Counted from the first letter of the stretch, positions 8,823 through 19,384 are shown. The stretch is DNA of 32,000 bases from an uncultured bacterium (GCA_963699255.1 OY969425.1:1230001-1262000); one strand, 5' to 3'. Notes: generated by a model not told the origin, from the letters alone. Numbers and translations are program-made.

Positions 8823-9297
8823 TTGCTCCTCTTTGCAGGGCGATCTTCCCGGTCCTGACAAGTTCCTTTATGCCGAATTTTCGCAACAGTTTTTCTATGC
8901 CGTCCACCTTGTTCTCTTCTCCGGTCATCTCGATCGTGACCGCTCCCTCGCTCACATCGACTATCCTGCCCCTGAAAATGTCGACGATTTCTATGATCTC
9001 GGGGCGGGTTTTCTCATTGCAACTCACCTTCATCAGCACAAGCTCCCTCTCAACTGCCACGTCATGAGGTATGTCAAATACCTTTATAACGTCTATCAGC
9101 TTGTATAGTTGCTTTGTTATCTGTTCAAGCACAAAGTCATCACCGGAGGCAACTATGGTCATCCTTGATACCGATTCATCCTCCGTAGTCCCGACCGCAA
9201 GGGATTCAATATTATAACCTCGACGCGAGAACAGTCCGGCAACCCTGGCCAGGACGCCGGGTTTATTTTCAACCAGAACTGAAATGGTATGCTTCAT
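8815..9297 (-). CDS. ilvN: Acetolactate synthase small (regulatory) subunit
   Basis: MKHTISVLVENKPGVLARVAGLFSRRGYNIESLAVG; ACT domain. Confidence 0.97.
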   Translation of the reverse strand: MKHTISVLVENKPGVLARVAGLFSRRGYNIESLAVGTTEDESVSRMTIVASGDDFVLEQITKQLYKLIDVIKVFDIPHDVAVERELVLMKVSCNEKTRPEIIEIVDIFRGRIVDVSEGAVTIEMTGEENKVDGIEKLLRKFGIKELVRTGKIALQRGANE

Positions 9298-9350
9298 ATC
9301 CTCACCCCAAAATTAGCGCTGTCATAATCTACCCCAGTCCCTACTTTACT

Positions 9351-9375
9351 CCCCTCTCCTATTTTAGGAAAGGGG
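9351..9375. repeat. Imperfect intergenic palindrome CCCCTCTCCTA-ttt-TAGGAAAGGGG
   Basis: 11-bp stem with one mismatch, in the ilvB-ilvN gap; same family as 1107-1129. Confidence 0.6.
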
Positions 9376-9388
9376 CGCAGGGGTGAGG

Positions 9389-11062
9389 TTAATCCACCAG
9401 CATTTCGTTTATAGCCTGACCGGCAGGCACGAATGGGAACACGTTCTCTCCCTTTGCCACCTTAAAGTCGATCAAAACAGGCCTGTCCTTTATGGTCAAT
9501 GATTCTTCAATGGCCGGCCTTACTTCCTCGATCTTAGTTACCCTGATACCTTTTGCCCCATATGCTTCCGCGACCTTTACAAGGTCGGGGTTCCCTTCAA
9601 GGTCCGTCTGGGAATACCTTTTCCCGTGGAGGAGTTCCTGCCACTGACGCACCATTCCGAGGCAGGCATTATCGAGCACAGCGATCTTGATGGGGAGTTT
9701 GTTGTTCACCGCGGTCGTAAGTTCCTGTATGTTCATCTGGATGCTTCCGTCGCCCGCGATGTCAAAAACTATTTTATCGGGACAGCCGAACTGGGCGCCT
9801 ATCGCGGCCGGCAGCCCGTACCCCATTGTCCCGAGCCCGCCGGACGATATCATGGTCCTCGGTTTGGTGAATTTATAGTACTGCGATGCCCACATCTGGT
9901 TCTGTCCCACCTCGGTAGTTATTATCGCTTCACCGCCGGTCGCCTCGTATATTTGTTCGATGACATACTCCGGCTTGATCTCGTCGGTCTTTTTATATGA
10001 CAGCGGATACTTGTTCTTCCATTCCTCCACCTGAGCAAGCCACGGCGCGTGGTCGTCCTTTGCGGAAACTTTTCCGATAAGTTCTTTTAGGACTTTCATG
10101 ACGTCGCCAACGATCGGGATATCGGCCTTAACGTTCTTTCCGATCTCCGCCGGATCGATATCGATATGGATATGCTTTGCTTTCGGAGCGAATTTCGCGA
10201 TGTGGCCGGTTACACGGTCGTCAAATCTCGCGCCTATCGCAATAAGAAGATCGCATTCCTGAATGGAATAGTTGGCGTAAACCGTACCATGCATACCCGG
10301 CATTCCAAGTGAGAGCTTGTTAGTTTCCGGAAAGCCTCCTTTTCCAAGCAGCGTTGTTGTGACCGGTATGCTGCACTTTATCGCAAGCTCTGTCAGCTCT
10401 TTGGCCGCACCTGATGCGATGACGCCTCCGCCGGAATATATGACCGGTCTCTTCGAATCCATGATCGCTTTCGCCGCAGCGGATATCTGCCTGGGATGAC
10501 CTTCGTACTTCGGTTTATAGCTGGGGATATCTATCTTCTCCGGATATTTAAAGTTTAGCTTGTGCGTCTGAATATCTTTCGGGATATCTATGAGCACGGG
10601 GCCTGGCCTTCCAGACCTGGCGATATAGAACGCCTCTTTGAACACCCGGGGAATATCCTTTATGTCCTTAATAAGGTAGTTATGTTTTGTGATGGGGATC
10701 GTTATCCCGGTTATGTCGGCTTCCTGGAATGAATCTCTTCCAAGAAAAGTTGTCCCGACCTGACCGGTTATTGCCACCACAGGTATCGAATCCATATATG
10801 CCGTGGCTATTCCGGTCACGAGGTTCGTCGCGCCGGGTCCTGATGTCGCAACACACACGCCTACCTTGCCGGTAGCGCGCGCAAAGCCGTCCGCAGCATG
10901 AGCCGCTCCCTGCTCATGGCGCACAAGGATATGCTTTATATCTTTCTCATAGTAAAGCGCGTCATAGAGAGGCAATACCTGACCACCGGGATAGCCAAAT
11001 ATCAGATCTACCCCTTCTTTTTTGAGACATTCGAGTATCGCCTGCGCGCCTGTCAGTTCCAT
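9389..11062 (-). CDS. ilvB: Acetolactate synthase large (catalytic) subunit
   Basis: [15 protein letters not shown]...[21 protein letters not shown]...[18 protein letters not shown]. Confidence 0.98.
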   Translation of the reverse strand: MELTGAQAILECLKKEGVDLIFGYPGGQVLPLYDALYYEKDIKHILVRHEQGAAHAADGFARATGKVGVCVATSGPGATNLVTGIATAYMDSIPVVAITGQVGTTFLGRDSFQEADITGITIPITKHNYLIKDIKDIPRVFKEAFYIARSGRPGPVLIDIPKDIQTHKLNFKYPEKIDIPSYKPKYEGHPRQISAAAKAIMDSKRPVIYSGGGVIASGAAKELTELAIKCSIPVTTTLLGKGGFPETNKLSLGMPGMHGTVYANYSIQECDLLIAIGARFDDRVTGHIAKFAPKAKHIHIDIDPAEIGKNVKADIPIVGDVMKVLKELIGKVSAKDDHAPWLAQVEEWKNKYPLSYKKTDEIKPEYVIEQIYEATGGEAIITTEVGQNQMWASQYYKFTKPRTMISSGGLGTMGYGLPAAIGAQFGCPDKIVFDIAGDGSIQMNIQELTTAVNNKLPIKIAVLDNACLGMVRQWQELLHGKRYSQTDLEGNPDLVKVAEAYGAKGIRVTKIEEVRPAIEESLTIKDRPVLIDFKVAKGENVFPFVPAGQAINEMLVD

Positions 11063-11063
11063 T

Positions 11064-12716
11064 TTATTTAAGCACCGCTCCCGTGTTCGCGCTAGTCACA
11101 AACCTAGCGTATCTCGCCAGCCACCCGCTCTTTGCCTTTGGCTCCGGCGTTTTCCACTGGGACCTTCTTTTGGCAAGTTCGGCATCAGAGACCTTCATGT
11201 TTATCTTTCTTGCCGGAATGTTGATCTCTATCATATCCCCTTCTTTGATCAGGGCAATCGGTCCGCCCTCCATTGCTTCCGGAGATATATGGCCTATGCA
11301 GGGACCCTGCGTTCCGCCGGAAAATCTTCCATCGGTGATCAGAGCCACGGAATCAGACAAGCCCATTCCGGTAAGCGCGGAAGTCGGTGAGAGCATTTCC
11401 CTCATTCCCGGGCCGCCTTTGGGGCCTTCGTAACGGATAACAACAACATCGCCGGATTTTACCTTCCTGTCCATGATCGCCTTCATGGCATCCTCTTCAC
11501 AGTCATAGACCTTTGCGCACCCGGTGATCCTCTGCGCCGCTTCCGAAACTGCTGTTTGTTTCACGACACAGCCATCGGGCGCGATGTTACCCTTTAGAAC
11601 GGCTATCCCGCCTTCCTTGTGGTAAGGATTATCAAGCTTTCTAATAACATTGTCATCGAATATGATGCCGTCTTTCGCGATGTCCCGGATGTTCCTTCCG
11701 TTGACGGTATCCGCGCCAAGTAATCGATCTTTAAGCACGTGCAGCACTCCCGGTATTCCCCCCGCGTATTCCAGGTCTTCCAGAAAGAATGGGCCTGACG
11801 GCCTTAAATTGGTGATATGGGGTATCTCACGGCTCAGCTTATCGAAGTCGTCCAGGCATATTTCGATCCCGAATTCGTGCGCGATCGCCGGCAGATGCAA
11901 AGCCGTGTTCGACGATCCGCCTATGGCCATGTCGACCATTATCGCGTTATGGATGGCGTTATTTGTGACAATGTTCCTCGGGGTCACATTATGCCTGACG
12001 AGTTCGACAATCCTTTCACCGGAAGAGTACGCTATCCTTTTTTTCTTGGCGGAAACCGCAAGGGCGGTCCCGCAGCCGGTCAGCGACATTCCCATCGCTT
12101 CAGTAAGACATGACATGGTGTTGGCCGTGTAAAGCCCGGCGCATGAGCCCGCTCCGGGGCAGATATCCTCTTCCATGCAGTTCAGTTCCTGCTCGGATAT
12201 CCTTCCGGCCCTCACGGCTCCGGACGCTTCAAAGCCGTCCTTGACCAGGTCGCGCTTCACCATTTTATATCTTCCGGTCATCATGGGGCCTGCGGTCACC
12301 ACGATAGCGGGGACATTCAACCTTCCCGCCGCCATAAGCATTCCGGGGGTTATCTTGTCGCATGCGGTAAGAAGTATCATCCCGTCAAGCTGGTGCGCTT
12401 CCACCATTGATTCTATCATGTCAGCTATCAGTTCTCTGGAAGCAAGCGAGTAATGCATGCCCTTGTGGCCCATCGCAATGCCGTCGCAGATCGCCGGCAA
12501 ACCGAAAACGAAAGGCACGCCTCCGCCGGCCGATATGCCGTTCTCAGCGGCTCTTTCGAAGTCCCTCATATTCACGTGGCCGGGAACAAGATCGCTGAAG
12601 CTGGAAGCTATGCCGATGAAAGGTTTACTCATGGACGACCTTGTCACGCCGGTCGCATACAGGAGCGCCCGGTGACCAACTCTCTCGATCCCCTTTTTTA
12701 TCTCATCGCTTCTCAT
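11064..12716 (-). CDS. ilvD: Dihydroxy-acid dehydratase
   Basis: [23 protein letters not shown]...CDKITPGM...[20 protein letters not shown]...[20 protein letters not shown]. Confidence 0.98.
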   Translation of the reverse strand: MRSDEIKKGIERVGHRALLYATGVTRSSMSKPFIGIASSFSDLVPGHVNMRDFERAAENGISAGGGVPFVFGLPAICDGIAMGHKGMHYSLASRELIADMIESMVEAHQLDGMILLTACDKITPGMLMAAGRLNVPAIVVTAGPMMTGRYKMVKRDLVKDGFEASGAVRAGRISEQELNCMEEDICPGAGSCAGLYTANTMSCLTEAMGMSLTGCGTALAVSAKKKRIAYSSGERIVELVRHNVTPRNIVTNNAIHNAIMVDMAIGGSSNTALHLPAIAHEFGIEICLDDFDKLSREIPHITNLRPSGPFFLEDLEYAGGIPGVLHVLKDRLLGADTVNGRNIRDIAKDGIIFDDNVIRKLDNPYHKEGGIAVLKGNIAPDGCVVKQTAVSEAAQRITGCAKVYDCEEDAMKAIMDRKVKSGDVVVIRYEGPKGGPGMREMLSPTSALTGMGLSDSVALITDGRFSGGTQGPCIGHISPEAMEGGPIALIKEGDMIEINIPARKINMKVSDAELAKRRSQWKTPEPKAKSGWLARYARFVTSANTGAVLK

Positions 12717-13126
12717 TTATTACGCCTCCTATAAGTTGGATTAGTGGAAGTTTATTATAACATGAATTTTACGATTTTTAATGGGATTTTTAAGCTGTTT
12801 TATCGATATAACTATAGTAGGAGATCGGGAAATAAGAAATAATATTTGGAATTTTGGATTTGGGTCATTGGAATTTGTTTGGTAATTGGAAATTGGAAAT
12901 TGGTCATTCTTGCGTAGCAAGCGCTGGGTTGTTCGTGACTTGTTAAAGATCTATAGACTATCTTCTCTGATTAAGTTCGGAGAATCCTTTTAGTACTATT
13001 TAACTTTAACTTGACGGCAACCCAGTTTTTTATTCTGTAAAGATATCTTATCACATATCCTCAAAAAAATCAAGAAGGCATTCTAAGTCTTGAGATTCAA
13101 ATGATTTTTCAACTCATCCCTTGTCC

Positions 13127-16100
13127 CTACTTAGCTTCCAGCTTATCCAGACGGGCTTTCAGCTCTTCATTGATCTTCTTCTGTTCATCGATCTGCCTTT
13201 GCTGCTCTTTTACCGCTTCAACAAGTATGGGTATTAACGTATCGGTATAAAGTGTGGTAGCATAAACTCTATCTTTTCCGTCCTTGCCTGTATAATGATT
13301 CTCGAGTTTTGTACTATCATCATATTTTACCGCTTCCGGCACTTGCTCTCCCACATCTTCGGCGATAAAACCAAGTGTATGCCCGCCGCCATGTTTTTCA
13401 TCCCAATCAAAAGAAACTCCTCTAAGGTTAAGTATCTTATCCAGGGCATCTTTTATTCCCACAACGTTCTTCTTCCATCTTATTGATGAACCTTTCCCGT
13501 AAGTACCGTGGACAGCATAAAAATCGCTACCTGGACTTTCAGCATATACACCATAAGCACTGCCGTAACCATAAGTACCAACATAGCCTACGCCATAGAC
13601 ACCCGCACTCCAGTTAGTATAGTCAGTATTCATACCGCTAACACCGCAGCCATTTGCCCCATGACCTATACCCAAGACACCGGTGCCCAATTTTCCGTTT
13701 TCGCCGATGATGGTTTCCGCTCCTTCGCGATAAGCATAGATGCAACGCCCGGTCTGATAAATGGCGGTTCCACTCCCGCTCAGCCCCGTTCCCATTACAG
13801 TTATTTGAGACTGCGGATTCGTCGTCCCGATACCGACATTGCCGTTATTATCAATGACCATTGATGTATTTGTAATACCAGTAGTGTAGTTATTTGAGGT
13901 TCCAAACATCAATTTTGAACCGCTATTATCAAAATAGGCAGCGATCCTGGCGTTTGGATTAGATCCAGAGCTGTACAGGAAATCTATAGGTGTATAACGT
14001 CCAGCGGTATAAGCACCGCTCAAAGAAAGCATACCTCTTGTTGCACCGGTAAATGTTGAAATTTGACTTCCTTCTACATTTAGTTTGGATGCCGGATTTG
14101 TCGTCCCGATGCCGACATTGCCGTTGTTTAGAATTGTTACTCTATCCGAATAATTATCTATATTGCCTTGCGAACTCAGTGTGCGCAAATAAAGATTACC
14201 GCCTGAAGAACCTCCCCAATCGATCACGCCGTTAGCAGAATTATAAACTAAATGGGTCCCGGAAAGCCGAACATTACCGGCAACATCTAATTTAGTTCCT
14301 GGACCAGTCGTACCGATGCCGACATTGCCGCCTGAAACAAACAAATCATTTGTGTCAACTTTTAAACCGCTTGAGTTCAAATAATACCCCGTGCCGGAAC
14401 ATGCGGTAGCTGTCGCTGATAAAATAGCATAATTTGCGCGTACAGAACACACGGTCGATGTTCCACTCAAATCTGCATAGTTAGCATCCCTCGCGTGACC
14501 CGTACATATGGAAGCTACCGATGATAATATTGCGTAATTTGCCTGCTTGGTACACAGGGTCGATATTCCACTAAGATCCGCATAGTTAGCATCTTTCGCA
14601 TGACCGGTACTGCAATCGCTGGCTGTCGCTGCTAATAATGCGTATGTCGCCTGCTTCGTACACATGGTCGATGTCCCGCTCAATGCCGCATAGTTAGCAT
14701 CTTTCGCATGGCCGGTACTGCAATCGCTGGCTGTCGCTGCTAATAATGCGTATGTCGCCTGCTTCGTACACATGGTCGATGTCCCGCTCAATGCCGCATA
14801 GCTCGCACTATTCGCACTGCCTGTACAGACACTCGATGTGCCTGATAAAGCTGCATATGGCGCTGATCCTGTACAGCTGGATGATGTTCCACTCAATGCC
14901 GCATAGCTCGCGCTATTCGCACTGCCTGTACATATACTTGATATCCCTGATAGGTTTGCATACTTGACTGATCCAGTACATGCCGATGATATCCCGCTAA
15001 GATCCGCGTACTTTACTGATCCTGTACAGGCACTGGATGTTCCTGATAACTCCGCATACTTTACAGATCCGGTACAGCTGGATGCTGTTCCACTCAATGC
15101 CGCATAGCTCGCGCTATTCGCGCTGCCCGTACATATACTTGATATCCCTGATAGTGTTGCATATATAGCATTAGTGCTCGTGGTCGATGTCCCGCTTAAT
15201 ACTGCGTAGCTGACGGTTCCTGTACACCTGGACGATGTTCCGCTTAGATCTGCATACTTTACAGAGCCGGTACAAGTGGATGCGGTTCCACTCAATACTG
15301 CATAATTAACAGTCCCTGTACATGTAGATGCGGTTCCACTCAATACTGCATAATTAACAGTCCCTGTACATGTAGATGCGGTTCCACTTAATACTGAATA
15401 GTTGGAAGTATTCGCGCTACCCGTACAAACACTCGATATCCCTGATAGTGTTGCATAGGAAACCGATCCAGTACAGCTGGATGATGTTCCACTCAATACC
15501 GCGTAGTTAACGGTCCCGGTACACATGGATGCTGTCCCGCTCAACACAGAGTAGTTGGAAGTATTCGCGCTACCCGTACAAACACTTGATGTCCCAGATA
15601 GATTTGCATAAATAGCATTAGTGCTGGTGGTAGATGTCCCGCTCAATACAGCGTAGTTGGATGTGTTCGCATTGCCTGTACAGACACTGGATGCCCCTGA
15701 CAGTGCCGCATAATTGGTTGATCCTGTACAGACAGATGCTGTTCCACTCAATGCTGCATAGTTGGATGTATTAGCGCTACCTGTACACACACTTGATGTC
15801 CCTGACAGTGCCGCATAATTGGTTGATCCGGTACAAATAGATGCTGTCCCGCTCAATGCTGCATAGTTCGCACTATTCGCACTGCCTGTACATACACTTG
15901 ATATCCCTGATAAATTTGCATACTTGGTTGATCCGGTACAAGTGGATGCGGTTCCACTCAATACTGCATAGTTAACAGTCCCGGTACAAGTAGATGCTGT
16001 TCCGCTCAACACAGAGTAGTTCGATGTATTAGCATTACCTGTGCATACACTTGATATACCTGATAGAGCTGCATAATTAGTTGATCCAGTACAGACAGAT

Positions 16101-18199
16101 GCTGTTCCACTCAATACCGCATAATTAACGGTCCCGGTACACATGGATGCGGTCCCACTTAATACTGAATAGTTGGAAGTATTCGCGCTACCCGTACAAA
16201 CACTTGATGTCCCAGATAGATTTGCATAAATAGCATTAGTGCTGGTGGTAGATGTCCCGCTCAATACCGCGTAATTGACGGTCCCTGTACACAGGGATGC
16301 GGTCCCGCTCAACACAGAGTAATTCGATGTATTCGCGTTGCCTGTGCATACACTGGATGTACCTGATAGCGCTGCATAAGTGACAGGCCCTGTACAACTG
16401 GATGCCGTTCCACTCAATACTGCATAGTTTGATGTATTCGCATTTCCTGTACACACACTTGATGTCCCTGACAGTGCCGCATAATTGGTTGATCCGGTAC
16501 AAATAGATGCTGTCCCGCTCAATGCTGCATAGTTCGCACTATTCGCACTGCCTGTACATACACTTGATATCCCTGATAAATTTGCATACTTGGTTGATCC
16601 GGTACAAGTGGATGCGGTTCCACTCAATACTGCATAGTTAACAGTCCCGGTACAAGTAGATGCTGTTCCGCTCAACACAGAGTAGTTCGATGTATTAGCA
16701 TTACCTGTGCATACACTTGATATACCTGATAGAGCTGCATAATTAGTTGATCCAGTACAGACAGATGCTGTTCCACTCAATACCGCATAATTAACGGTCC
16801 CGGTACACATGGATGCGGTCCCACTTAATACTGAATAGTTGGAAGTATTCGCGCTACCCGTACAAACACTTGATGTCCCAGATAGATTTGCATAAATAGC
16901 ATTAGTGCTGGTGGTCGACGTTCCACTCAATGCTGCATAGTTGGATGTATTCGCACTGCCTGTGCATACACTTGATATACCTGATAGTGCTGCATAATTG
17001 GTTGATCCGGTACAAATGGATGCTGTTCCACTCAATACAGCATAGTTGGATGTATTAGCGCTACCTGTACACACACTTGATGTCCCTGACAGTGCCGCAT
17101 AATTGGTTGATCCTGTACAGACAGATGCTGTTCCACTCAATGCTGCATACTTTACTGATCCCGTACAGACAGATGCTGTTCCGCTCAACACAGAGTAGTT
17201 CGATGTATTAGCATTACCTGTGCACACACTGGATATACCTGATAGAGCTGCATAATTAGTTGATCCGGTACAGCTTGATGCTGTTCCACTTAATGCTGCA
17301 TAGTTGGATGTACTCGCGCTACCTGTACATATACTGGATATACCTGATAGATTTGCATAAGTGACAGACCCTGTACAACTGGATGCTGTTCCACTCAATA
17401 CTGCATACTTTACTGATCCCGTACATGCGGATGATGTTCCGCTTAACACTGCATAGTTAACAGTCCCTGTACAGGCTGATGCTGTCCCACTCAATACCGC
17501 ATAGTTTGATGTATTCGCACTGCCTGTGCATACACTTGATATCCCCGATAAAGCTGCATACTTTACCGATCCCGTACACGCGGATGATGTTCCGCTCAAT
17601 GTCGCATAGTTCGCGGTTACTGATACTGATGTGGAGGTCACATTGATAAGCGCCGAGCCATCTCCGTAATATTTACCTGTCGACCCCTCTATGGATGCTC
17701 CCATAGCTCCCACCTTAAGATTCCCTGTTATATTGGCGTTTGCCGTCTGCGCTTCCGTTGTGTTCATGATGTACCTTAGATCCGCATCTCCCTCTGAGAT
17801 ACCTCCTCCGCCTCCACCCATCCCCGATTCTGATGATATCGCCCTGAACGCGTACGGTGCCGCCGCCAGCAGCTGGTGCGGCGTCATGTCTTCTCCCCCA
17901 ACGTTCAGCCCGATCTCATATTGATTGCTGAAATCTACGCTAGTGGGAATAGGACCCAGCATTTCATTGATGTTCCCCTGACTGTCAGGAGTAACCGTTG
18001 ATGTCTGCGACCACAGCGATGTCCCGCTGGATGAATCGTACAGCGTGAAGATTATCACCTTGGGGTCTGTGATAGGCAGGCCGCTTGTTTTGTCCAGTAA
18101 CCTACCTTGAAAATATATGGTGCGGGGGATAGCTGCAAGAACGGAGAAAGATAATATCGTCAGGAAAACAAAGAAAAAGAAAAACACCTTTTTTTGCAT
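13127..18199 (-). CDS. Giant Cys-rich repeat surface-fibre candidate, paralogue 1 (1690 aa) with C-terminal S74-type intramolecular chaperone domain
   Basis: Signal peptide MQKKVFFFFFVFLTILSFSVLAA; N-terminal 'PRTIYFQGRLLDKTSG' domain; ~1,075 aa of YAxLSG..SxCTG repeats; 'GNVGIGTTNP' stalk motifs; end 'SSIRWKKNVVGIKDALDKI...GFIAEDVGEQVPEAV...LEAK'. Confidence 0.93.
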   Translation of the reverse strand: MQKKVFFFFFVFLTILSFSVLAAIPRTIYFQGRLLDKTSGLPITDPKVIIFTLYDSSSGTSLWSQTSTVTPDSQGNINEMLGPIPTSVDFSNQYEIGLNVGGEDMTPHQLLAAAPYAFRAISSESGMGGGGGGISEGDADLRYIMNTTEAQTANANITGNLKVGAMGASIEGSTGKYYGDGSALINVTSTSVSVTANYATLSGTSSACTGSVKYAALSGISSVCTGSANTSNYAVLSGTASACTGTVNYAVLSGTSSACTGSVKYAVLSGTASSCTGSVTYANLSGISSICTGSASTSNYAALSGTASSCTGSTNYAALSGISSVCTGNANTSNYSVLSGTASVCTGSVKYAALSGTASVCTGSTNYAALSGTSSVCTGSANTSNYAVLSGTASICTGSTNYAALSGISSVCTGSANTSNYAALSGTSTTSTNAIYANLSGTSSVCTGSANTSNYSVLSGTASMCTGTVNYAVLSGTASVCTGSTNYAALSGISSVCTGNANTSNYSVLSGTASTCTGTVNYAVLSGTASTCTGSTKYANLSGISSVCTGSANSANYAALSGTASICTGSTNYAALSGTSSVCTGNANTSNYAVLSGTASSCTGPVTYAALSGTSSVCTGNANTSNYSVLSGTASLCTGTVNYAVLSGTSTTSTNAIYANLSGTSSVCTGSANTSNYSVLSGTASMCTGTVNYAVLSGTASVCTGSTNYAALSGISSVCTGNANTSNYSVLSGTASTCTGTVNYAVLSGTASTCTGSTKYANLSGISSVCTGSANSANYAALSGTASICTGSTNYAALSGTSSVCTGSANTSNYAALSGTASVCTGSTNYAALSGASSVCTGNANTSNYAVLSGTSTTSTNAIYANLSGTSSVCTGSANTSNYSVLSGTASMCTGTVNYAVLSGTSSSCTGSVSYATLSGISSVCTGSANTSNYSVLSGTASTCTGTVNYAVLSGTASTCTGTVNYAVLSGTASTCTGSVKYADLSGTSSRCTGTVSYAVLSGTSTTSTNAIYATLSGISSICTGSANSASYAALSGTASSCTGSVKYAELSGTSSACTGSVKYADLSGISSACTGSVKYANLSGISSICTGSANSASYAALSGTSSSCTGSAPYAALSGTSSVCTGSANSASYAALSGTSTMCTKQATYALLAATASDCSTGHAKDANYAALSGTSTMCTKQATYALLAATASDCSTGHAKDANYADLSGISTLCTKQANYAILSSVASICTGHARDANYADLSGTSTVCSVRANYAILSATATACSGTGYYLNSSGLKVDTNDLFVSGGNVGIGTTGPGTKLDVAGNVRLSGTHLVYNSANGVIDWGGSSGGNLYLRTLSSQGNIDNYSDRVTILNNGNVGIGTTNPASKLNVEGSQISTFTGATRGMLSLSGAYTAGRYTPIDFLYSSGSNPNARIAAYFDNSGSKLMFGTSNNYTTGITNTSMVIDNNGNVGIGTTNPQSQITVMGTGLSGSGTAIYQTGRCIYAYREGAETIIGENGKLGTGVLGIGHGANGCGVSGMNTDYTNWSAGVYGVGYVGTYGYGSAYGVYAESPGSDFYAVHGTYGKGSSIRWKKNVVGIKDALDKILNLRGVSFDWDEKHGGGHTLGFIAEDVGEQVPEAVKYDDSTKLENHYTGKDGKDRVYATTLYTDTLIPILVEAVKEQQRQIDEQKKINEELKARLDKLEAK
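14395..17615 (-). repeat. In-frame 45-60 bp protein-coding repeat array in paralogue 1
   Basis: Units of 15, 16, 19 and 20 codons (e.g. YAVLSGTASVCTGSTN / YAALSGISSVCTGNANTSN), almost all with one Cys; boundaries approximate. Confidence 0.95.
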
Positions 18200-18212
18200 A
18201 ATAACCCTCCTG

Positions 18213-18230
18213 TGAATATCATGAATATCA
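18213..18230 (-). promoter_or_regulatory. Leader direct repeat TGATATTCA x2 upstream of paralogue 1 (also at 24444-24461 and 29413-29430)
   Basis: + strand reads tgaatatcatgaatatca; conserved in all three leaders immediately upstream of the Shine-Dalgarno. Confidence 0.5.
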
Positions 18231-18260
18231 ATGGATTCCTTACTTGATCCCTAGCGGTAC

Positions 18261-18288
18261 ATTATATTATATAGGTGCGGAATTACAA
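18261..18288 (-). promoter_or_regulatory. Putative sigma70-type promoter of paralogue 1 (TTGTAA-N16-TATAAT)
   Basis: -35 at 18283-18288, -10 at 18261-18266; same geometry conserved at the other two copies. Confidence 0.6.
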
Positions 18289-18361
18289 ATGACTAATTTC
18301 ATGCTTAAAGTATAACTGAAAAGATTTTCGCTAATTACCCCTGGACTAAATCCCTTTATAT

Positions 18362-19376
18362 TTACGGATTCCAAATATCGCTTGAAGAGGACCAGACATC
18401 GTGAAGATAACTCCCCCCCATTACCCACATCTTATTCTTATAAACAACTGAACCAAGGCCATCACGGGCTGCCCAGCCGGCGGCGGCAGTTGCCTGGGTC
18501 CATGTAATTCCGTCAGTAGAATACCAGACATCATTCCTCTCCCATTGTCCAACAACATTCCCGTATCCCCCCATCACCCACATTTTATTATCAAAGACCT
18601 GTGCGGTGTGCCACGCCCGTCCCGGCCAGTTGGCAGCAGCTGTTACCTGTCATCCAGGTAACGCCGTCTGAAGATGACCATACATCGTTCCGATAGCCGG
18701 TACTAAGCCCCCCATACCCACCTCCAAGCAGCCACATTTTATTGTTAAAGACCAATGATCTGCTCCCCTCACGGTTGTACCATTCAACAGAGGTTTCCGG
18801 TTTCCAAGTAACACCGTCCGTAGAGGACCAGACAGGATTAGTTTGGGCGGTTGAATGGTCCGTCATCATCCACATTTTATTATTAAAAACCAATACTGAA
18901 GGACCTTGCATTAGTCCCCAACCGGCAGCAGCTGTTACCTGTGTCCAGGTAACGCCGTCCGAAGAAGACCAGACATCGTTCAAAGCTTTCGTGTTAGAAT
19001 CATATCCTCCCAATACCCACATTTTGTTGTTAAAGACCACCGCAGCGAAGTTAGTTCGGGCTGTCCAACCGGCAGCAGCTGTTGCCTGTGTCCAGGTAAT
19101 GCCGTCTGAAGATGACCATACATCGCTCTTGTAGTTAGAACTACCAACACGCCCACCGATCACCCACATTTTATTGTTAAACACCAATGTGGAAAAACTT
19201 TCGCGGCCTGGCCAGCCGGCGGCAGAAGTTACCTGAGTCCAGGTGGATCCGGCTGCGGCAAATACCGTTCTTGCTACAAGAAGTTGGAAAAGAAAGAGCA
19301 AAAACAATATTAAGATGTGAGATGAGAAATGAGAGATGAGAGTGGGTTTTCGCATCCCATACCTCACACTTTGCAT
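18362..19376 (-). pseudogene. Secreted Kelch-like repeat protein interrupted by a 1-bp frameshift (called ORFs 18591..19376 and 18362..18583)
   Basis: Repeats 'DVWSSSDGITWTQATAAAGW.AR..FAAVVFNNKMWVLGG'. The ORF ends '...TWMTGNSCCQLAG*'; deleting one base near 18652 restores 'TW.QVTAAANWPGRAWHTAQVFDNKMWVMGGYGN' into the next ORF. Confidence 0.8.
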
Positions 19377-19384
19377 CTCTTGTT

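Noticed and set aside
12717-13126. Small gene or RNA in the ilvD-paralogue 1 gap
   Set aside because: AT-rich with short direct repeats (GGAAATTGGAAATTGG); no ORF with support and no clear RNA structure beyond a 5-bp hairpin.
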